A stretch of DNA of 64,000 nucleotides from Octopus vulgaris (Eukaryota): positions 62,372,001-62,436,000 of the forward strand of contig OX597824.1 of the NCBI GenBank assembly GCA_951406725.2, read 5' to 3'. The first letter of the stretch is position 1. Every line of letters begins with the position of its first letter. Of the stretch, positions 53,676 through 64,000 are shown one piece after another. Under the pieces are notes generated by a model. It had not been told where the DNA came from. It worked only from the letters and a program-made list of their open reading frames with translations, and did not search any database. Both the position numbers and the translations under genes were made by a program.

Positions 53676-54053
53676 AGCTCAAGTCGGAACAGATATTTAC
53701 ACGAGGCATACCCAATCCTGCCAAGGCAATATCTGACCTAAAATTTTCAAATCGTCGCACTCGCGCCAAATTTATCGGCAGCAAATAAATCGTCGATTCC
53801 ATTACGGAATTAACCAAAAAATTCATAATTAATCAATATAGGGTGGCAAGGAAAATTTTGTAGAATTTTTTTGCCACCAGCGGCCCAGTGGGAAAAAATT
53901 AAATAGTCATAGACCATTTTTAAGTTCAACATTAACAATTAAGGAACGGCCATAATAGGCCATTCACCCACTAGAAATAACAGCCAAAGCTTCTACCGCA
54001 AATAAAGATCAATTCCGTAAACAGGAGAAAATTAAAAAAACATTTACCCTGTA

Positions 54054-54160
54054 ATTTCTTGTACGGTATACCGTTTCATCTGCTGTTTAATGGTAAACTA
54101 ACCTGATTAAATTAAATCAAGCCAATCTTCCATAAGCCCTCAGATTCTTCAGCAAGAAAT
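54054..54160 (-). ncRNA. Type I HHR, unit 2
   Basis: Copy of 53569-53675 offset by 485. Confidence 0.92.
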
Positions 54161-54538
54161 AGCTCAAGTCGGAACAGATATTTACACGAGGCATACCCAA
54201 TCCTGCCAAGGCAATATCTGACCTAAAATTTTCAAATCGTCGCACTCGCGCCAAATTTATCGGCAGCAAATAAATCGTCGATTCCATTACGGAATTAACC
54301 AAAAAATTCATAATTAATCAATATAGGGTGGCAAGGAAAATTTTGTAGAATTTTTTTGCCACCAGCGGCCCAGTGGGAAAAAATTAAATAGTCATAGACC
54401 ATTTTTAAGTTCAACATTAACAATTAAGGAACGGCCATAATAGGCCATTCACCCACTAGAAATAACAGCCAAAGCTTCTACCGCAAATAAAGATCAATTC
54501 CGTAAACAGGAGAAAATTAAAAAAACATTTACCCTGTA

Positions 54539-54645
54539 ATTTCTTGTACGGTATACCGTTTCATCTGCTGTTTAATGGTAAACTAACCTGATTAAATTAA
54601 ATCAAGCCAATCTTCCATAAGCCCTCAGATTCTTCAGCAAGAAAT
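54539..54645 (-). ncRNA. Type I HHR, unit 3
   Basis: Copy of 53569-53675 offset by 970. Confidence 0.92.
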
Positions 54646-55099
54646 AGCTCAAGTCGGAACAGATATTTACACGAGGCATACCCAATCCTGCCAAGGCAAT
54701 ATCTGACCTAAAATTTTCAAATCGTCGCACTCGCGCCAAATTTATCGGCAGCAAATAAATCGTCGATTCCATTACGGAATTAACCAAAAAATTCATAATT
54801 AATCAATATAGGGTGGCAAGGAAAATTTTGTAGAATTTTTTTGCCACCAGCGGCCCAGTGGGAAAAAATTAAATAGTCATAGACCATTTTTAAGTTCAAC
54901 ATTAACAATTAAGGAACGGCCATAATAGGCCATTCACCCACTAGAAATAACAGCCAAAGCTTCTACCGCAAATAAAGATCAATTCCGTAAACAGGAGAAA
55001 ATTAAAAAATGTATGTATGTATGTATATATATGTGTATACACACAGATACATACATATTTATTTGTATATCTTGCATTCCTTTCTCTTTTATCGTCTAC

Positions 55100-55480
55100 T
55101 CGGTTCCACCATTGAACCGCGGCCATCCTTTCTCACCGCTTTCTCCCACATCTTCCTAGGGCTGCCCCTTACACAGTTCTCTCCCAATTAGAGCTCGACA
55201 CATCTTTATTAAATTCTCCTCATCCATACGCATCACACAATCGAACCAACGCAGTCTTCTCTCTTGCACATAACATCTGATACCTCATATACCCAGTTTT
55301 CCTCTGAAATCATTTACACTCTTTCTTGTGTGAACACTGATATTACCCATCCAAGGGCATGCTAGCTTTATTTCTTTCAAGCCGTTGCAAGTCATTTGTA
55401 GTCAAAGCCAATGTTTAACTGGCATTCAGCACAGCTGAAGGTACATTGGTATCATGCAATCTCCCTTCACTCTGAGTGAG
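55100..55480 (-). mobile_element. RTE-clade LINE 3' fragment
   Basis: Minus strand GIRCYVQERRLRWFDCVMRMDE...GSPRKMWE. Confidence 0.7.
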
Positions 55481-55578
55481 AAGCCCTCAGTTACCAATAA
55501 ATTTAATAATAATAATAATAACAATAATAATAGTATATATATATATACATTCATATATATATATATATACATATATAT

Positions 55579-55612
<34 letters not shown>

Positions 55613-56599
55613 CTATATATATATATATATATATACAAACACACACACACATGTATATAAACATATTTATAAGTATGTATGTATATATGTATCTGCCCTC
55701 ACACACACACATACAGACAGCAGGCTTTCAGATTCTACTAACCAAACTCACAAGAAGTATTTGGTCTGCCTGCTACTGGAGTAGAGTACGCTTGAGCAGG
55801 GTAGCATGCAGCATACATACGCACATATGTACTTGCATACATACATACATACATACATACATACATACATACATACATACATACATACATACATACATAC
55901 ATGCATACATACATACATACATACATAAATACATACATACATATATACGCATGAGAATATAAATCTTCCGTTTTAAATTTTGTTCAAACAGTGCGTATAA
56001 ATCATAGAACCATCTTCATTTTGATCAACGTTTAATCTTACTGAAGTAATCAATTATTTATTAAATATATAAATCAATAGTTATGTATTATTTCACAAAC
56101 ATGAAAAACACAAGAACGCATATTTTCAAACACACACAAACTCAAATGCAAACAAAACAAATCCGAAAACTATTGAATATTTATGTTAGTTTTCCTTTGT
56201 AGAATCTGCCTGCGGTGTATGACTAATTGTACAGTATTGGCGTTTGCGTAAAGAAACGTTATGAAATGAGATAAACAACATGTTAAAGTGCTGAGTTTCA
56301 CCCGCAATAGTTCTTTCGGGGACTCGGAGCAGTGTCACGATAAACCTGGATTTATTTTTGATAATATTATCGTTTATGCATTTTTTTAGCAATCCATGCT
56401 ACAATTTATATTTTTTAATATCAGTGTAAATTAATATTAAATATTATATTTTGTTGCCCCAAGTAGCTTGAAATAGAAGGCGATATTAAGCTGATAGGTC
56501 CTGAAAAACTTTCCCACACTGAGAAGTTGTACAGACTTCTTTGTTTTTTGAGAACTGATAAATTCTCTGTCTTCTGTCGTTGCTCTGTGATCGTCGGGC

Positions 56600-56825
56600 G
56601 ATTCAGTTTTCAATACTAGCAAGTAATGCAGGTAACGATTCTTTTGGTATACCGAGTAAAAGATACAAGTTCTTCGTTCAAATTCCACCGATGTCGACTT
56701 TGCCTTTCATCCTTTCGGGCTCGATTATATATATAACAGTTACGCACTGGGGTCGTATATCGACCCCAGTGCGTAACTTGTTTGTCCCCTCTGTGTTTAG
56801 CCCCTTGTGGGCAGTAAAGAAATAT
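56600..56825 (+). mobile_element. tRNA-derived SINE (family 2), partial
   Basis: gttcaaattccaccgatgtcgactttgcctttcatcctttcggg. Confidence 0.7.
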
Positions 56826-59800
56826 GTATTTTAATTTTCTAGATATGTGTTCCTCTATCTGTCTGTATATCTCTCAATCTATGCAACTGTCCGTGGTTAA
56901 GCGACATTATCGTGCTTTTCAACTGTGTATAGACATATATCATGAAGTTTAGATGGCTATAATATATACATACATGCATACAGAAGTTTATCATTAAAAG
57001 ATACATGAGCACGTCTAGATATGCAAGTATATGCATGAGAAAACATACATAAAACAAAACATACAAATGTGTACATATACATACATATATGCATACATAA
57101 ATACCATGCTGTTTACGTTAAAATTCTAATGAAGGAAGCTTGGATCTAGGTTAGAAACCGGCTCTTTCACTATTATCGAGAAATCTTGAAATAAAAGTGA
57201 ATAATAATATACATACCTGTACCAACCAATTTACACAAAATCTTGAAATACTTGGTTTCACAGAAAAGAGCAAACGAAATTACCGTTGATCTCCAGATCC
57301 AATCTATTAGTGGGACAGTGAAGATATGTAAGACATTCTAGAAATTCTTTATGTCAGATTCTTATGCGAATAGATGAACATAATGCGAATAGATGCACAA
57401 ATAGATGCACACAATCGACAGTTTAACCAACATACCAACGCGATTCTCAAACACCGGGAACTCTCTTAACGCAAAAATTATTCTTGTCTTATCAGCAACC
57501 GACTTAAACTCTCTCAAGAAGAACTTGAATTATACTCAAGGAAAAGCCTATTCATACATACATTCATAAATACATACATGCATTACATGCATACATACAT
57601 ACATACATACTTACATTAGAGAAGGGAGAGATGAAATATAATGGTATTAGTGATGGTGGTGGTAACAGAATATGAGGAAAAGATAATGGTGGGCCGGCTA
57701 TGGTATTCTGAGGAAATAAAGCATGAGGGTAGCTGAACCTTGAAGGGTTGTTGAGTGGTGGTTAATATGTCATCAGTTGTGCTAGCTTTGAGGTTTGGCC
57801 GTGACTGTTCGTCATATTGTTTATGTTTATGTTGTTGTTGTTGTTGTTGTTGATGCTGTTGAATTATTGTTGGATGAAATACACGTTGAACTTTTTCAGT
57901 ATGTTTTAGCTGGGTTTGTATCTGCTTCTCTGATTTGTTATTGAACAGCTGGACTCTTCTTTGGGGAATAAAATTCAGACATAGAGCATGTGTGTTTTCA
58001 GTTTGATAAACACAAAACTCATGCATTTATGCGGCTGTTGATTTTATTGTCAGCACATTTTGTTTATTGTAGATAATTTGTGTAGTCGTGAGTCTGTAAG
58101 AGCATTTAACATTGATATATAGATGAGGGAGACAAAAGTGCGTGAGTGAGTACGAACATATAAGTTTGTAAGATCAATGGATTTACCAAAACAATCAGAA
58201 TTAATTCCCAGTGTTCTGATATGTCTGTGATCATAGTAACATGATGGTTCCCTATACGATTGCACCTACCGTAGAGTTTTAAATCTAATCGTCATGATTT
58301 TACAAGCACTGCTAATTTGCATCTGTTTCTCCAAATGTTATATAAACTTATTTACATTTTTAGATTCATTCGTACATACATATATGCAAATATATGTACG
58401 CGTGTGTGTGTTTGTATGAGTCTGTGTGCGCGTGTGTGTGTGTGTTCATTTTAAGCTGGAGCTCACTAATGAATATACACATTCCAGAACATGTGTCTAG
58501 TATTTATTTTAATTCGAGTGTTAGTTGGAAAAAAATATATATAATACCCATACGCACGCGCGCGCGGTCTAACATTCTGCATATTAACGCCACTATATAT
58601 AATGTAGGCGTAAGTTTGTAAAACTTTCAATATGACGTTTTTTTACCACGTCTCATAAAATCAACACCGGAAAAATAGGAATTTGTAAATTTAACTGTCG
58701 AAGAATTTAGGGTATATATCAGACGTGAAACCTCTATACATTTTGTAGTAATTCACATTATTCTGATGTCCACATATAATTTTCTTCTGTAAAATATTAC
58801 AATCATTATCGTAAATTTTCTTTTCTAACATGTTTTTCTTTGTATCTCAATGCGTGATTTCGACTTTTTAAACCGAAAATATGGTGCCTCTATGTGTCAC
58901 ACTTCTAATTTATAATTTGATTTATAGCATGTAAGGTTTATGTCTAATATCAATGTCTGTTAAATTGTTAAAACGGACAACTCAGCCATTCTCTAAAGTA
59001 ACAGCGCAACGTGCAATCACAAGAGATAAAATTCAATAGGAAGAAATCTATAGCACTTTCTTTGCAGATGATTAAATGTTTGTAAGAGAAATATATATAC
59101 ACACACACACATTCACACACATACACACACTAATGCATGAGTACTTGTTTGTCTGTGTGGAAGATCAAAAGACGCTTCCTCGTAGTTGGAAAGCATCAAA
59201 AGATATTGTTAAGCATAGCAAAAAAAAAAAAATACAATCATCAAACATCAGAAATCTCAAATGAATTTTAATAATGTTAAAGGCAAGAAAGATTAATAAT
59301 AACTGAATAAATATAAAGACTATTTTGAGGAGCATGGAGATACATAGATCAGAATATATTCATGCATAGATGAAATATAGAATTTTTTCAATTCGATTAT
59401 TGTTTTTACACAAGACATAAAGAGGAAATGAAAAGTGGTTTATGCTGAGGAGGTGGTGGTGCGTTTACTGGAACATATAGCCAAGCGGAATGATATCTCG
59501 TTTTCAAGCAATCTCTTGTTTCTCAAACATGATTTATTTCCTTGATATTTGGTAACATGAGATTATCTAACCAAAAATATTAATAAATTTTGGGGAATAA
59601 TTTCGTTTAGATTTCATAAACTGTACTGAGTATGATTCAACTGCAGAATAACATCGTGATTATTTGCTGAAAAGAAATAACAGCTAAATATTCCCAAATT
59701 CGAAATCGACAGGCATAAGATAATTGCGGTTATATCAGAAGAGACAGGAAGGCCATTGCTGTAATCTGGATAAAAAAAAATTGTGTGCTCGATCAGTGCT

Positions 59801-59974
59801 ACCTTGCTATTAAACATATTACCTTTTAAAAGAATAGCAATTCAACGTCTAGCGTAAAATGGTGATGTTTTTTGTATGATATTAATCATGTTAAGAGTGC
59901 ACGTTGATAAATACTGGTTGATAACAAACACGATTAAAATTACTTTGCTGCCCCAAACACTACAACATCTAAAC

Positions 59975-60121
59975 CAGTAGTTTCCTAGCTGTGGTCTGCA
60001 AATGTAGTATTACGGGTCCGTGATCATGTTAAGCTGACAGACGTTTCAATATCCTGGGGTCCGTCGGAAAACTCATTTAAATAAACGGGATCCTTGGCAA
60101 TGAAAACTTTGGGAACCACTG
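59975..60121. mobile_element. hAT (Charlie-like) MITE
   Basis: TIR cagtagtttccta ... ttgggaaccactg; decayed 8-bp TSD atctaaac/atatacac. Confidence 0.7.
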
Positions 60122-60189
60122 ATATACACTCTTGATAAAGATATACCCACCATCTAGAAAACTAGCAGGAGTATTGAGGGCTAGAAGAA

Positions 60190-60590
60190 AGGCTGAATAC
60201 GCTCGACCTTTATTCTCTAGAAAAACGACGACGCCGTGGTGATCTCATTCTTGCTCACAACATCATAAGCGGAAAGTGTAACCTCCCGAAAGAGCTGTTC
60301 TTCACTCCCTCTCCAGAGCGTCGGCTGCGGTGTCACTCTGAAAAGGTCTGTCTGCGACGATTTCATCTCAATCGGAGGAGAGGGGCTTTCTCCGTCCGGG
60401 TTACGGATCCGTGGAATAAGCTGCCGGACGAGATAGTGATAATGCCAACGACCGCTCGATTCAAAGTCTCCCTTGACTACAAGTGGCCTGAACTCTTTAC
60501 ATGAACACCACCCTGTACATAACTCCATGTCCCCCTACATGGCCTTGCTTTTTGCTTTTTGAGCCAAAAAATTAACTAACTAACTAACTA
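60190..60590 (+). mobile_element. CR1-clade LINE 3' end
   Basis: LDLYSLEKRRRRGDLI..HNII..RLRCHSEK..FSVRVTDPWNKLPDEIV..FKVSLD, short 3' UTR, (TAAC)n tail. Confidence 0.9.
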
Positions 60591-60779
60591 CCACGCGTGC
60601 ATTCGCGTCCGCACACATCGCTACGTTCCGAAATATAACAGACAAAATATATTTATAAGTCCTTTCAAGTAAGATACTTTGCTTAGAAGGCAAGATTAGC
60701 GTATCTTAATTGAAAATTTAATGTGTTACCTTTCACACTTCCATTATTTTTTCAGAAAAACAAGGCCATACACACAATC

Positions 60780-60854
<75 letters not shown>

Positions 60855-60861
60855 CATACAT

Positions 60862-61166
60862 CACGTGGCTACGTGACTGACTATCAGATGTTGCTACACA
60901 TCGCTGGGCACAATGCGCTTCGCATTGTTTCAGTCTTAAAATGACGCCACTCCGCTGGCTAAGCGAGCAGGCCTACTGAAGAAAGAGTGAGAGAAAGTTG
61001 TGGCGAAAGAGTACAGCAGGGATCACCAGCACCCCCTGGCGGAGCTTCGTGGAGCTTTAGGTGTTTTCGCCCAATAAACACTCACAACGCCTGGTCTGGG
61101 ATTCGAAACCGCGATCCTACGACCACGAGTCTGCTGCCCTAACCACTGGGTCATTGCGCCTCCACC
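60862..61166 (-). mobile_element. tRNA-derived SINE (family 1)
   Basis: Homolog of 1697-1980. Confidence 0.85.
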
Positions 61167-61397
61167 TATATGTATATATATATATACATACATATATACA
61201 TACATACATATATATATATCAACAATTGAGGGTAAAATTAATTAATTAATCAATTTCACCAAGTGTTCAGTATGTAAAAAGACCATTTCTTTAAGTAGTA
61301 GGAATGCTAAGAAAATTTTTTGGGGGCTGCTATTTCTACTAAGTTCAGTAATTTATTTTACTAAGCCCTAATTATATAATGTAATATTTTAAATTAC

Positions 61398-61452
<55 letters not shown>

Positions 61453-61523
61453 CTATATATACATTTGTGCATGTATATGTAGGTATATGTATACATACAT
61501 ACACACACACATATACATATATG

Positions 61524-61598
<75 letters not shown>

Positions 61599-62381
61599 GC
61601 ATGGCCGGAGAACCAACTAGTACCGTGTTCATTAGCTCAATTATTTCAGAACTCTAAAGATGCTTTGACCCATCACTGAAACAAAGATATCCAGTACACA
61701 CGCACCTGCAGCTAAACCTAAGACATCTACGAATCTTTTGCCCAGTTATGGTACATGCACGTGATGCAGGTGTTCTTTCGGAAAGGCTTAGCACCAGAAG
61801 TATAGTCTTTTGTGTTAGAGTTGAAACGTAAGACTGTGGGCATAAACAACTGCAAAAGCGGTACTTTTCTATTTTGCACTAGGGACTGGTGAGAATGCCG
61901 TATAGATTCTTGGATCTAGATGGCCTGTTTGAGGCCATATTGTTTTTTAGTAATAAAATGACACTAGAACTTCACATGCACGCTAAGATTTTACGGGTTA
62001 ATGGATAGACGATGTAAAAAATAATTGATAAGGTACTTAGTTTCCAGAGGTTTGAAAGGTATCAGAATACCAATATAGGAATACAAGCATATCAGTACAC
62101 GTAATTTTATAGTCTAAAATATTTACTTTAAATGTTTGTATACATAAAGATTTCTATAGGTGTATTTCTGTGTAACTATTTATTTATACATACATATATA
62201 CAAGCATACATACATATATATGTGTGTATGTACGCGTGTTTGTGCGTGGGTATGTGTGGTTTATGTATGTGCGGTATAAATCTACGTATATATATATATA
62301 TATATATATATGCATTTACACATATATCTCAATAAAACGTGTGCCATCACTCAACGCAAGCAGAGAACGATATTGAGAAAA

Positions 62382-63030
62382 TAACAGTACTAAAGAGTAG
62401 GATTTATTTGCTAAAGTAAATTGGCAGTCTTGGTGAGGAAGATGTTCCTCCTTTTTTTTATATCCCCAGGGCAACATATTTTCGAGCTGGCTACCGATGC
62501 AAACTGCATCTTTAGACCTCGAACAAGGTAGCTAATGTCCCCCCCTCAGATTTAAACGGTACCTGTGTACCATGGTTTCTGGGTTAATTCCCTTGGTCGG
62601 CATAGGACGACGGCTGGCACGAGATGGCAGCACTAGGTCTTGTTCATATATATACTTTTATAGTGACACACAGACACTTGTCTTGTAAAGAAGAAAGCAG
62701 GTAGTCTTAAATCTCTGTGCTAGAAGTAAGTAGTAACAGTACTACAGAGTAACATCTATTTGCTAGCGTAAATTGCAGTCCTGGTTAGGACGATGTTACT
62801 ACCATTTTTAGTCTCATGTCACTTTACACTGGCAAATAGATTTTACACTGTAGTACTGTTACTTCTTGCTTCTTGCTCAAAAATTTAAAACTAAATGGTT
62901 TTCTCTTTACGAGACCAGGAAATGTGTGTCACTTTGAAAGTATATTCTTTGAACAAGGCCTAGTGCTTCCATCTTGCGCCAACGGTCATCCTATGTCGAC
63001 CAAGGGAAATAACCCAGAAACCGTGGGTGA
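62382..63030. repeat. Element with a ~352-bp-period direct repeat plus an inverted copy (pLTR-like architecture)
   Basis: 62382-62450 resembles 62734-62800; 62821-63030 is the diverged inverse of 62570-62780. Confidence 0.7.
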
Positions 63031-63843
63031 TACAGATAATTTGACATTATTTTTTTAATTCTGCATGCAAAAACGTATGAGATACAGGTGTTATTTTTCC
63101 TTCGGACAAATTCTTTGTTGGCCACTGTTATTCTTATCGTAATTTACAAATCCAAGTATGAAAACGTTACTCAACTTTGGAGTTTTGGAGACAGACGCCC
63201 CTTCACACACACATACACACATCACTTCATAAATGAATATATAAACTTATATATATGAATACATACATCCACATGCACTTATACATTAATGATGTACACA
63301 AATGCATGACAGGTATACATAATACTGAAATATGCATAAAGTAAACACATGCAGACAAATATATCAATATAACAAATTAAAAGAAAATAATAGAACCATA
63401 CAATCAATGAGTAGACAAAAGAAACAGTAAGATAATACATGTTGATTTTATTAGGTATTTCTGTTTATTTAGAAACATACAGTGAACAGGTCAGATGCTA
63501 AACTGTAAACTTCACAGAGTACAACCTTAAAGTTGATACGGCTCCGCTAAACGCGGAAAATTTCTGTGTCAGTATTGGCTAAAAATATACAGCTTTTTCA
63601 AGTTTTAAAACTCTGTGACTTTTTTCTCCATTTTGTTCTCCACAACATCATACTTTCAAAATAACGAGACTGGAAGACTACATTATTATAGCCGATTTTC
63701 AAATTTTTCTGTCTTTTAAAATATGCATATTTTGCGAATGAAAGAAATACTAGATCCTTTAAAGCTAACCGTGTTCCTCTATCGCTAAATATATATATAT
63801 ATATATATATTTATATGAGTAACAAAGATGAACAGGCATCAGC

Positions 63844-63926
63844 TCATTAAAGCCGTTTCAAGCGATCCCTTTAATTGATTAATTGAGACATTATACCATT
63901 GCAAAGAAACCACTTCCGTCAGATGA
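63844..63926 (-). ncRNA. Decayed long-stem-II HHR-like motif
   Basis: Minus strand: tcat-CTGACGG-aagtggtt...gatcgctt-GAAA-cggctt-TA-atga. Confidence 0.45.
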
Positions 63927-64000
63927 CTGCATAGACTTCAAACACAAATGAAAAACAAACTGCTTTAACATATTTGTATCAGCGACGGAGCTCAAATACT

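Larger units (their letters stand above)
53446..55009 (-). mobile_element. Tandem array of 3.2 x 485-bp HHR-containing units (retrozyme-like)
   Basis: Units start at 53446, 53931, 54416 and 54901 (partial, ~108 bp); apparently identical; one HHR per full unit; TA-rich microsatellite on both flanks. Confidence 0.92.

Noticed and set aside
53632-53826. 64-aa ORF repeated three times in the array
   Set aside because: The homologous region of the sister unit (8153-8250 / 8524-8680) has indels and stop codons in that frame; conservation follows RNA structure, not protein
53446-55009. CRISPR-like array or simple satellite
   Set aside because: No unique spacers, 485-bp identical units, eukaryotic context, and each unit carries a ribozyme
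57126-57165. HHR-like ctaatga...gaaaccgg (also ctgagga near 42709 and ccgatga near 29837)
   Set aside because: Stems could not be closed convincingly
57616-58340. Poly-Q ORF or possible PLE remnant
   Set aside because: The poly-Q comes from a (TTG)n repeat; retroelement motifs are too decayed to support a call

Overview
AT-rich, microsatellite-dense eukaryotic DNA with no convincing host exon. The SINE repertoire and (TA)n/(CA)n density suggest an octopus or other coleoid cephalopod (inference). The window is mostly transposon debris: Penelope-like elements (two Neptune-type, one Naiad-type, several pLTR fragments), two R4/Dong-type LINEs, CR1 and RTE 3' fragments, two Chapaev3 transposons, a mariner remnant, a Helitron-like element, a hAT MITE and at least three tRNA-derived SINE families. 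The main signal is an unusually high density of type I hammerhead ribozymes (HHRs): about 10 well-formed motifs plus several decayed ones. Several sit in non-coding units of about 470-490 nt that are tandem (3.2 apparently identical 485-bp copies at 53446-55009), circularly permuted (8153-8858) or terminally redundant (11791-12473), and these land in (TA)n tracts. One unit is fused to a fragment of a Naiad ORF. Together this suggests a retrozyme-like, possibly circular-RNA satellite system mobilised by Naiad/Penelope-like elements. All structures and alignments were read by eye; boundaries of decayed elements are approximate.
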